DNA of 63,973 bases, the filler included, from Folioceros fuciformis (Eukaryota): assembly GCA_049999805.1 (NCBI GenBank). It is 8 parts of 8 records of this genome, joined end to end, with 100 filler letters (N's around TTAATTAATTAA, not from the genome) between each part and the next. Parts side by side here need not be neighbours in the genome. Positions count along the whole stretch, not along the records: positions 18,595 to 31,836 come from JBNGIO010002852.1; positions 31,937 to 47,859 come from JBNGIO010002853.1; 6 more parts are not named here. One strand, 5' to 3'. A program made the translations under genes and the position numbers. Position 1 is the stretch's first letter. Every line of letters begins with the position of its first letter. This document shows positions 25,281 to 36,004 of this stretch, piece by piece. Under the pieces are notes generated by a model. It did no database searches and was not told the DNA's origin. It saw nothing but the letters and a program-made list of their open reading frames with translations.

Positions 25281-25911
25281 AGAGAAAACATAACATCATG
25301 CACAATGTATCGCATATTGATGAGTTGTCTCAACAATGGGCAAAATGTGTTCCAGAGTACACCATTGCCAGAAGAGAGCGAGCAAGCCAAAGGGGTGGGC
25401 AAAATGTATTCCTCATCATGGTGAGAGAGAAACCTCATCCTAGTAAAGAATATGGATGATGTGATTCTGAAACCCTAGACACACAGCTAAGCCAAGAGCC
25501 ATGCTCTTTCTTGAGCAAAAATAGAGGTGCGGTTAGCCGAGCAAGCGGGTTTATGCCTCCCTTTTTAGCGAGACCCTTAAATGGGAGACCCTACGTTGTA
25601 CGATAGTTATGTACATAGATGGGTTCGCTGGCCATATATAGAACTGGTTTTCTTTGGAAGTTGAAAGAAACTTGACTCAAGTCCGGTGTGTTACACACCA
25701 CGCCTACGGCCGGGCTAGGAATCTATGGACCTCACGAGGGTTCCCACAAGAAGCTCGTTTTTGTTTGCGGCGAATCACAAGAGGCTTGTGTGAGCTCTAG
25801 CTGGATTAACGGCTGTCATGAGTCAACCTGGGCTGGTTTTGGCAGGGGTACATAACCCTAGGCTTCTTTTTGACCATCTTCGTGTGCTGAAGAGACTCAT
25901 GAATCCGTTCT

Positions 25912-28068
25912 ATGGAGCAGCGATTGTCGGGAAAGGTTGAGGAGCAAATGGAGACGCCCGCGGCAGCTCCATCCCAGGAGCCAGTTCCTTCGCGGGTGGA
26001 CCACAGTAACGGGCATGGGGAAGATGCCGACGGCACAGCAGCAGCAGCAGATGGCGGGGGTGACGAGTTCGTGGTGTGCAACGGCGAATCGCAAGATGCA
26101 TCTTCCTCCTCCCACGCTGATGACACAATTCAGAAGCTGACGCTGGAGCTTGCACAGGCTCGGAAGCAGTGGCAGGAGGACATCAGAGCACGAGATGACA
26201 AGTATGCAGAGCTGGACACCAAATTCGGGAGACTGCAGAAACGCGCCAAGCACCGGATTCAGGATGTGCAGAAGGAGAAGGAGGAGCTGGAAGCGCGTGC
26301 TGCGAAAGCAGAGGAGCAGGCAGCGCAGGCCGCAATCGAGCACTCTTCCTTGAAGAAGGATCTTGAAACGGCCAGGGCGCAGGTGCAGCAGTTGGAGAGC
26401 TCCACCTTGAGGCTAAACAATGAGATCGAGGACATGCGGCGGGGCTTGGATGCCAAGGAGCATAGCCTTGCCGAATCTCGTCACATTGCGTCGCAGAAAG
26501 ATCAAGCAGCTTTGGCGATGGCATCTGCGATGAAAGAAGCTGAAGAGAAGCATCAAATTGTAGTTGCGGAGCTGGCTGAGAAACATCGCAAAGCATTGGA
26601 AGCCGTGGAAGCCCGCCTCGGTGATGCAGTGAAAGACGTCATTGGCGCGTCCAAGGAGAGGGCTAAGCTCGCCGAAACGATATCAGATCTGCAGCTCCAG
26701 CTCGCTGACAGGGAATCCAAGCTCGCGGAATTGGAAGCGGCGTCCAGCGGGGAATCTGTGAGACTTGGTGCCTTGCTGGAAGGAACTAAGGGGGAGCTTG
26801 CAAGGCTTGAGCAGGAACATAGGAATGCCCAGCAGGTGTGGGAGGCCACTGTGGCAAAGCTGAACGCTAAGCTGGAGCAGGCTGAGAAGTCTCGTCTTGC
26901 CCAAGAAGCTGCCGCGTTTGAGACCAAGAGCTGGCTGGAATCTGAGTTGCAGCAACAGCGGCAGGTCATCTGCGGGCTTGAAGCAGATCTGGTGGAAGCC
27001 AAGGAAGAGACCGCCCATTTAGCCAAGGAGATGGCATCCTACAAGGTGCGGGCTCATGCTCTGCTGCAGAAGAAGGAAGCAGAGCTCATGGCTGCCGTCG
27101 ATGCTGACCTCATCGCTGCTCAAGAGGAAGCCCTTCAGGAAGCCCAAAGGCAGGCTGCTGCAGCAGCCACGGAAAAGGATCAGGCCTTGAAAACGCTGAA
27201 GGAGGTCATTGATGATTACGAAACACAGCTGTCTACGAGGGAAATGGCGCTTATGGATGCAGAGCAACGAATACGTGACATTGCCACGAAGCTGGAGCTT
27301 GCCAAAGGTCAGTTGGTGTCTCAGCAGGAGGAAGCGGACAGTCATTTCCGTGAACTGGAAGCTACCTGGCGATCCCGGTGTGACGCACTGGAGGCGAAGG
27401 TGAAAGGCTTGGATGTGAGCAATGAGCTGGCTTTGGTTCGATCTAATCTTGAGAGGCTGCAGGATGAGTATGACTCCTTCCGAGCGATGGCCACCAACAT
27501 GATGGAAGCCAAAGATCAGGAAATATCGCGCTTGCTCGACCACAACACTAGCCTGCAGAGGTCTATTCAGACTCAACCACTGGCATCCAGTGTGGCAACC
27601 GAGAAGATTGTCTCGGAGCCTCAAGATTTGTCAGTATCGGTCGTTGCTGCAGCGGAACAGCAAATACTGCTCTTGGCCAGGCAGCAGGCTCAACGAGAAG
27701 AGGAAGTTGCCCAGTGTCGCCGCCATATTCAGGCTTTGCAGGAAGAGATTGCTGAGCTAGAGCGGGAAAATAGACTTCATGGTCAACAGGAAGCCATGCT
27801 CAAGGAAGAGCTTCGAAATGTGGAAAGAGCCAACAAGCGCGATGGTGTGGATCTCACATACCTGAAGAACGTCATTCTGAAGTTGCTGGAAACTGGAGAA
27901 GTGGAGGTTCTTCTTCCAGTTGTGGCGATGCTGTTGCAGTTCAGCCCTGACGAGGTTAGACGGTGTCAAGAAGCTTATGGAACTGCACCTGAGACACCCT
28001 CCACAGTAGATCTTGAAGCGTCAACTCCACGGTCCTTTCTCTCTAGATTGAGCTTCAGTGCCAGGTAG
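25912..28068 (+). CDS. GRIP: GRIP-domain golgin (trans-Golgi coiled-coil tether), intronless
   Basis: 718-aa coiled-coil ORF with conserved SYKVRAHALLQKK and AEQQILLLARQQAQREEE. C-terminal GRIP domain DLTYLKNVILKLLETGEVEVLLPVVAMLLQFSPDE. Confidence 0.92.
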   Translation: MEQRLSGKVEEQMETPAAAPSQEPVPSRVDHSNGHGEDADGTAAAADGGGDEFVVCNGESQDASSSSHADDTIQKLTLELAQARKQWQEDIRARDDKYAELDTKFGRLQKRAKHRIQDVQKEKEELEARAAKAEEQAAQAAIEHSSLKKDLETARAQVQQLESSTLRLNNEIEDMRRGLDAKEHSLAESRHIASQKDQAALAMASAMKEAEEKHQIVVAELAEKHRKALEAVEARLGDAVKDVIGASKERAKLAETISDLQLQLADRESKLAELEAASSGESVRLGALLEGTKGELARLEQEHRNAQQVWEATVAKLNAKLEQAEKSRLAQEAAAFETKSWLESELQQQRQVICGLEADLVEAKEETAHLAKEMASYKVRAHALLQKKEAELMAAVDADLIAAQEEALQEAQRQAAAAATEKDQALKTLKEVIDDYETQLSTREMALMDAEQRIRDIATKLELAKGQLVSQQEEADSHFRELEATWRSRCDALEAKVKGLDVSNELALVRSNLERLQDEYDSFRAMATNMMEAKDQEISRLLDHNTSLQRSIQTQPLASSVATEKIVSEPQDLSVSVVAAAEQQILLLARQQAQREEEVAQCRRHIQALQEEIAELERENRLHGQQEAMLKEELRNVERANKRDGVDLTYLKNVILKLLETGEVEVLLPVVAMLLQFSPDEVRRCQEAYGTAPETPSTVDLEASTPRSFLSRLSFSAR

Positions 28069-28832
28069 CCCTGTTTGGCTATGCCCCTCGGATGCAGGGT
28101 ATAGCTCATCAGACTACAAGGTCGTGAACTGCTTGTTAGTTGCTACTTGTCCTCATAAGCCCTACCCATTTCCTGTCAAAGCCAGATGATCCTACCGTGA
28201 ACAGATCTCAGGAACCTACGCGCTTGTTAAGATATCACTACGTAGATGGGTCTCCAGGCGACTGTCACTTTGAAGGCATGCAGACATCCTAGCCGGCACG
28301 GTTCGCACGGGCTAGGTTGTCTGGAATATTTCAACGGATTGGACATACGGAACCAAGTTCAATTGAGCAAGGTTCAGCTTTTTCCCCAGGCTTTGGACAG
28401 AATGATGCACTCCTAGTTTTAGCCAGCTCCGCATTTTGATCCTAAGTCCTGGACACGCTGAAGCAAGTCCAATTTTCAGGAGGAAAGCAAGCTCTACTGC
28501 ATGGACTTTCCCCTCCATGTTTCCTTCTATATGAGGGCAGGTACTCGCGAGTGAAGGTGAGATGAACAGCTTGCTTTTGATACATTCATTTCCAGCTGTT
28601 GTTGGCACGCGCCATCATTTCCCCTTGATCTGGAACGTTCAGGAGTGTTTCCGCAAATATCATTCAGCGAACTACCTGTGAAGTAAGCAGGAGTAAAGAA
28701 TTAGGGATAAATCCGTGAGTTTTTCTTTCGTCTATGTGTAGTTGCCCATGGTTGTCATATCCTGGCGACGGTGGTAAACCAGTGCCTTATCTTTCTGTCT
28801 TGGTATAATTGCTTATGTAGACTAGGAAAATA

Positions 28833-28950
28833 GTTATCGTTGCATGTGGAGCTCGAGACGGTGGAGGGCAGGTGTCGTTGCAGGTGGAGCTCGAGACAGT
28901 GGAGGGCATTGTATCGTTGCAGGTGGAGCTTGAGGCGGTGGAGGGCAGAG
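28833..28950. repeat. ~38-bp tandem repeat x3
   Basis: tcgttgcaggtggagctcgagacggtggagggca repeated. Confidence 0.75.
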
Positions 28951-30507
28951 GGCAGTATTTGTGGAACATGTCAGGCGGTGCAAGATGTGCCCGAGGCACG
29001 GCAATAGGCTATCTCGAGAGGGGAGCCGGGTTGCTGCTCAGGCTGTAGTTTGCCGATCTCGTGTGGGGAGTCGGGGCTCAACTCAGGTTCCAGTGTGCCC
29101 ATCTCAAGATGGGAGCCGGGGCACAGCTCAAGCTCTAGTGTGCCTAGAGTGAGGAGGGTGTGCAAGAGGAGGCGAGAGTTTTCCTACTTTGAAGCTCCCT
29201 CCTACTTGGGGGAGAAGGACATGCCCGTGCGCGCAAGACAAGGTGCCTCGTGAGGCCTTGCAAGATGAAGTGCAATAAGCGGAATGTTGGAATCCCTCGA
29301 GGAAAATTTGGAGAAGCTGAGGGCGACCATACGGCAGTTTGCAGTAGATGTGGACGCTGCCTCCCGGGTTGTTGATGGGCAGGGTTAGGGATGCTTAGGC
29401 TTAGGCTTCGGGTAGGTGTACGTTGTTCAAGGTAAAGTTGTTGATCTGTCTACGTTTTGTTAAGGATATTGTAGGCCAGATTTGGTAAGAACCCTGCTCT
29501 TTGTTCCCTTCCCAACTTCTTTGAGATGGCCGAGAACTTGTTCTGATGTGATGGCCGTGCTGAATGAAATAATTGCAAGGCTATGCAACATCGTGCGAGG
29601 CGAACATCGCACTCTTGAGAAAGCCTTCTTGAACTATGTGGCTGCAAGCTCTGGTGAGGAAGCCCTGTTAAAGGATATGGTGGTACGGCAAAACAACGGG
29701 AACATTGGCTGTCCACAAGCGCTCGAAGTTCTAAGACACACAGCAACCCTTAAAGAGCGATCGATCCGCAACCTTCGGACAACCTTGCCGGGATACAAAA
29801 TCTTGTCACCTATGTCGCCAACTTTCAACTATCACAACATCTAGATGTCCATATGGGCTCCGTGCGCTCCTGCCTGGATGTCGCTTTTGCAACTTTCTTG
29901 CCGTAAGATTATTTTCTTTCCAGAGTAGTTGTGACCATTTTGTTCTTTCATTTTGTTCTTTTGTGAGTAATGACTATGTACCTATCACATATTTTGGCTG
30001 AGGGTTTGAACCTTTGAATGATGCCGGGGACCAGCAGAGAGCAGCTTTTACGTCCATGTTAACATCATAGGATAATTTCTTGGATGGAATCACTCTGGAA
30101 TGAAATCTTAAGCGTCTTATTTCCATAGTCCTTACGAAGGCACCTACTAAGTGCATAGAGTGGCCTCCTCCTCCATCCATGGCTGCAAACATGTGGCCAA
30201 TGGTTCCATCCTACTCCTACACTCCATGGTAGTTTGGGCTAGGTGCACCCACTATATATTGGGGAGGGGCCCTTTCTACTCCTTTACTCCATGGTACTTA
30301 AGGCTAGGTGCAACCACTATATATTGAGGAGGGCCCATTCTACTTCTACACTCCAGGTTGGAAAGGGTGTCATGCTTTATCGCTGAACATAGTATTCATA
30401 TATATATATGGTTTATTAGTTAATAATTATTCACATCATACTACACACATTAATTGATGCACGATGGTATTGCAATGAAACGTTTGCTTCTCAAAGCTAT
30501 AGCTCGA

Positions 30508-30666
30508 CTTCTCAAATCCACAATTGGATGATGTGGTCTTACATTGTGCACACACATGGCTTCTCAAATCCACAATTGGATCATGTGGTCTTACATTGTG
30601 CACACACATGGCTTCTCAAATCCACAATTGGATCATGTGGTCTTACATTGTGCACACACATGGCTT
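30508..30666. repeat. 52-bp tandem repeat x3, followed by further degenerate repeats to ~30880
   Basis: cttctcaaatccacaattggatcatgtggtcttacattgtgcacacacatgg x3. Confidence 0.9.
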
Positions 30667-32099
30667 AATTAGATTCCCAACAAGAGCACCTTCAACATGA
30701 TACACTCAAGAGACTACAAGACAATGCCCCTTCAAGAGAATACGAGCTCACAATTGTAGCAAACACTGTTGAGCTGGGAGAGAATACAAGCTCACAACTA
30801 CAACAAGCATCGTTGAGCTAGGAGAGAATGCCCCTTCAAGAGAATACAAGCTCAAACCTGCAGCAAACACTGTTGAGCTAGGCTTTCATACCTCCTACTT
30901 TAGGCATGTTGCAAGTCACATATCTAGTCGTGCTTCTATACTCTGTGGTGGTAAGGCCAAGTGCATAGAATATATACCCTACAAGCTCTTGGCATACATA
31001 TTGTTGTACACCACCTTCAATGCTTGCATAACCCATATAAGAGTGTGCAAGTAATTTTCAAGGACTGCAATTTATAAGGTGTGGCTATTGGGATATGGGT
31101 GCCAAGCTCCTGTGCAAACATGATAAACATCAAGGTGCATGGTAACCATGTCTTTTAACATATGTGTGTTTGTGGGTGTGTACAAAAGGTTATGAGATAG
31201 ACAACTATAAGAAATATATTCATGTGTTTCATATTGGTCCACACCCTTGATGTGTTAGAACAAATACAAGTTTGTACACTATAGAGGTAACACTCTCACG
31301 TGGAATTGCACAAGACATTAAGATGGAAGATTCCAAGACTTACTTGTATGTAATATATGGTTGAGGAATTTGTAAGTAGGGTTAGTGACTTCTAGAATAC
31401 GAATAAACACATACGATATGGATGCATATTCTATTTTATAGAGGAAAAAAAAGAACTCAACCTGAATGGTATTATGTCACTAATTGTCATACTTTGATAT
31501 CTATGTAATTGCCTTCTGTAGCAGGAAATAGTTATTAAAGAAACAAAAAAAATTACCATATCTTTAGTAGTTATCTTATATTTATATCAATACAAAATCT
31601 CATTTACTCAGCCCAAGAGACTTAAACTCTTGGGAGAATTCATGGAAATACAAGCTTTACACTTTAACAATTGGCCTAATTAATCAGTTTTATTTATATT
31701 AAAATTTATAACAAAATATAAATTATATATAATAAAAAAATATCATTACATTGTACACATACACATATCTAAACTCTATAATTTACCTTAAAGATAAGAT
31801 CAAAAGAGGAAAAAAAGATAAGATCAAAAGAGGAAANNNNNNNNNNNNNNNNNNNNNNNNNNNNNNNNNNNNNNNNNNNNTTAATTAATTAANNNNNNNN
31901 NNNNNNNNNNNNNNNNNNNNNNNNNNNNNNNNNNNNAGCAATCTGCTGTGCTTGAAACCCTAAAATCTCATTGCTAACATCCCAAACTCGGGAAGTACAA
32001 GAAGAGCAAAGAACCCATAAACATCTATGTACGTAACTTTCGATAAAAAGACATCTTTAGCTAACACTAGTTAATAATGTTTTGTTCGCATTCATTTGT

Positions 32100-32438
32100 C
32101 TACCCAGGAACATCAAACGCTCCTCCATCAAATCCTCCTACATGACAATCTCCACCATGACCTAGACCTTCATCTCCATCCCCTCCACCATGGCCAAAAT
32201 CTAAAGCATCTGGAACAAGTAGCCCTCCAAAGGGTCCACAATGGATGTGAGGAGCATGGTGGTTTGCTCCATGGTGATGCTTTTCGTCTATGCCTTGAGC
32301 TCCTTTGAATCTTGTTTTATCTCTATCTTTGCCTTCTCCTTTGCATTGAACAGGTTTTGAATGAGCTTTCTTGACAATCCTATGTTTTGCACTAGTAGTA
32401 GAGCTTCCACAATCTAGGGATGAATTTCCACAACCCAT
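32100..32438 (-). CDS. Hypothetical 112-aa protein with an N-myristoylation/palmitoylation-type start and a Gly/His/Asp-rich tail
   Basis: ATG-initiated ORF in AT-rich DNA: MGCGNSS...HHHGANHHAPH...DFGHGGGDGDEGLGHGGDCHVGGFDGG. Confidence 0.45.
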   Translation of the reverse strand: MGCGNSSLDCGSSTTSAKHRIVKKAHSKPVQCKGEGKDRDKTRFKGAQGIDEKHHHGANHHAPHIHCGPFGGLLVPDALDFGHGGGDGDEGLGHGGDCHVGGFDGGAFDVPG

Positions 32439-34190
32439 GAAGATATTTGTACAAGAAAAATAGTTTGAATACCTACGGAAAAAAGAGCTCCTATCAAATT
32501 ATTTTCTTCTATAGACAAAGTATTTGAAAACTAGAGATCATTATCTTAAAGTCTGTGGGAAAATACAACAATAATTAAGGGGCTGGCACTTCCATTTGAT
32601 GGTGTCTAGTATAAGCAATTATGAAATAATTTTTTGTGTGGATCCTTGTGTTCATAATACTATTTTGAATCACACTTTATTTGAGTAGCATCCATTTGTT
32701 TCAATGTAGATAGATAAGATGGCCCATCTGCCATTAAATTGAAAGAGTTTACAAAGATAAAAGAACCATTATTATAATATTATTTTTCATGAATTCTTCA
32801 AAAAATATAAGAAACACTATGAAAACTGAAACTTTAGGTGTTCTAAGCATTCATCACAGTGTTTTTTTATGGAATAAAATACTGAAATTATAAGAAGTAC
32901 CAACAAAACAAGATTAGCAAAAATACATAGGATGCTCAATCATTACAAATATATATATTTTATTTCCCTAATCCTGTATTTTATTCTCTCTTTCTTGATT
33001 TTCAATAAAGTCTCTATTTTACTTAATAAAAATGATTCCTTTAATATATTTTTATCTAATTTTCTTGCAAAGTATGTAGGTTCTTATTCATCCATTCATA
33101 TCTTGTAGAATAAATTAATAGAATAAAATTTTATAAATTAATAAGAAAAGCCTGCCTAAAGTGGTGAACTTATGATAAAGCTAGCTAAACAGATATGTAT
33201 CATCCATAGGATGAGGAGAAGAATGTTTAGTGGTCAGCTAACCGGGTATGCCAGACATGAACTTCAAAATTCTTCTAGTCGATCCAAAGGCCTGGAGTGG
33301 GGGAAATCTGTGACAGCGCTACGTGCTGGGTCTGTGGGGAGCAAGTGGGACCATCTTGTGACGACTTTTGTAATGATGGATAGATGTGGTGGGATTCAAG
33401 GTTGTGAGCACCTGCGATCCTTGTCCATGGCTACAGAACTGGACCTGCTGTTCGGAGAGCGACATTTGTGGGGCAAAGGACAGCAGGTAAGGAAAAAATC
33501 TCGAACCTGGCAAGCTCTTTGGGCCCACGTAGGCGAAGTCCCTGAGAGGTGTTCAAGCTGCTGTTGGAAGTGGAGCCAGCCTTTCCAGTTCATGCTAGAA
33601 GTGTGCTCACGCTTTTGGAGTTCGTTGTCTCATGCTTCAGTGTTTCCACTGATTCTAGGGCTCTGGCGTTTGTTGTTGAGCTGTTTGGTTTGTATTTCAT
33701 AATTGTGGGCATTGCTTGCCAGCGTGCTGCCTCTGAAGAAAGTGACGTTGAGTTGGGAGGTGGGACGGGTGACTGCAGTGGGACAGAAAGCATTGTAAAG
33801 GTACAACAGTCGAGGAGAAGCTCTGCAGGGCATGACACTCCAATTTGACTGTGTTCATGAGAAAGTGACAAAGGAGTTCCATCACCGTAGACAGATTGGA
33901 ACACTGTCATGTCAGCATACAGGCACCTCCAACATTGCAGCTTGGGGCCAGACCCAATTCCTGGAAAGGGAGCAATAGGTGCTTTCCCAGTCGGACCTTC
34001 AGGTGCAGTGGCTTGGAATTGTGATCAAGCACGTACACACAACTATCTCTCTTGGGAATATGCTTTACTTATGACACTCACCTGCACGTACAGGATCGGG
34101 CACCATGAGCTGCCACCAAGGCCACCACGATTGAGACCTCCCAGTCAGTGGGCATACTAATAGCTGATCAAGAGGTAGAGTAGAAGACGA

Positions 34191-35214
34191 TCATGGCTGC
34201 CTTCTGAAAATGAAGAGAGCGCCTCTAGAACCCCTTCCAAGTCTCAGAGTCTCGCCCAAGTAGGTGACGGCTATTTTCACAGTGCTGCTGCCACCGTACT
34301 GGAATTCAGCAGGCCCGAACTTGAGGTTGGGAGCTTCGAAATCGATCTGAATCCAGTTCTTGTCCTGAACCATGAGCTTTCCTGCAGCAGAGTGAAAGGC
34401 TAGTCAGGCACTTCACACCACATGTGTTGAAGTTGAGTGGGTAGCGCGTACAGACCTCGCAGGGATACTTCCCCTCCAATCAGACCCAGCAACGAGAACA
34501 CCACTTTGTTGCCAACACAGTCCGGTGCCTCGAGGGTTTGCACCATGGCATCCGTCCGAAGCAAGGCTCGTCCTACAACGCTGCGATAGTAACCTCCAGG
34601 AGCTGTTGGATTTGAGCAATACACGACATCCCATTCTGCACATCCACGCATTCCAGGATACAATGACAACCGCTTCCGCACCGTGCCCACCAGAATATAG
34701 GCGGACTAGACGAACCTCCGAAAATACGAGGATCTGTGAGGGGCTCTGGTACACAAAACTGCTCCAACTCCTTCGCAATGTCATTGATCCTAGCCTGTTC
34801 CTCCTTGCTAAGAGCTGCCCCCCGATCCGTTCCCTCGACCTGCACAATCATGTTGCAGTGTGCACAGGAATGAAAGATGATCTAAAAAAATCGTTCACGG
34901 TGGCAAACCGTGCCTCATTCTCTCCAGCGACCCACCAGGCTTAGCAGAGTGCTGACAAGCTCCTTAGGACCCTTCTCGACTTCCAGCACCGCCTCTATTG
35001 CGGATGATGCGCAAAACACGCTTCCTTGCACCAAGGAAGCCTTCCTCTGGGACCGCCTCAAGCCCCCATTCCTAGATGCAAGACACCCCGCATTGGAAGC
35101 ACGGAGTGTACACACCTGCTTCACCTGCCTCCCTATTCCTGCAGCTAAAGAAGGCCCCAAATTCGAGACGCGGTTGCTCCAGATGCTAGAAGGGTGTATG
35201 GCAGCAGCAACCAT
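34191..35214 (-). CDS. Plastid-lipid-associated fibrillin (PAP_fibrillin; FBN6-like), 4 exons (35214-34936, 34839-34716, 34635-34456, 34381-34191)
   Basis: Transit-peptide-like N-terminus, then GPKELVSTLLSLVEGTDRG, EPLTDPRIFGEWDVVYCSNPTAPGGYYRS and VTYLGETLRLGRGSRGALFIFRR. Three GT-AG introns keep the frame. Confidence 0.92.
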
Positions 35215-35388
35215 GACTGAGACGCCGGGGTGTTGAGGGAGGACTGCAAAGGGAGCCGAAACCAAGCCTGTGTCCTGTGCGGTCTGTTACAGGTTAAGGT
35301 AACCGGGCAGCAGGCTCTTTCTTTGCGTATAGCACTGTCGTCTTGTGCTTTGAATGATCCCGAGGCCCAGAAACTGCTCTGAATCACG

Positions 35389-35802
35389 ATGCATGTGGCC
35401 GCAACGCAAACGCATGCATCTTGGACAGTGGCTCTGCTTCTCCTCCTGCTTCTGCTGCAATCCAGCCTGCCTAACATCGCGTCCGTCCTGGTGCTGGATT
35501 TGGGAGACCCGTCGAGGATTGGGGGCAGGGGCGGCAATCGCACGCGGGATCAGGGGCATTTGAAGCTCTATCTGCGCCACCAGTACAAGATTCTTTTCAG
35601 CTTCATCGAGCAGCAGTATTGCGAGGTCGGCGGGAACCGGACGCTGGCGGTGTTCAAGCCGGAGCAATGTGAGGTCCTGTCGTATGTCATGCTCTCTGTG
35701 GCGCCCCAGATCAGGGAGTTCTACTGCAACGATTGCGCAGCGGAGAATGGCAGCGCCTGCTTCCAGCAACATTGCCAGATCTGTGGGTTTTGTAGGATTT
35801 AG
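35389..35802 (+). CDS. Putative secreted cysteine-rich protein (137 aa, 8 Cys)
   Basis: Hydrophobic signal-like stretch (VALLLLLLLLQSS), N-glycosylation sequons NRT x2 and NGS, and C-terminal CNDC...C...HCQICGFC. Codons look coding-like (GC3-rich). Confidence 0.6.
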   Translation: MHVAATQTHASWTVALLLLLLLLQSSLPNIASVLVLDLGDPSRIGGRGGNRTRDQGHLKLYLRHQYKILFSFIEQQYCEVGGNRTLAVFKPEQCEVLSYVMLSVAPQIREFYCNDCAAENGSACFQQHCQICGFCRI

Positions 35803-36004
35803 GGTGATTTTTGCGGGCTGGTGCAACTGGTATGGAAGGCAACCCTGCCTTGGCTCCTCCTGGTCCCTTGCTTGACGCGCGGGCACAGAATCGTGGGAAG
35901 GCCGGTACTGCTTCCTTCTCTTCCTTCCTCTTCCATGATTTTTATTGCTTACACCAGATCTTTTCCTGCCTCCTTGTTTCCTCGGTCATGTTTCGTTTTG
36001 TCAC

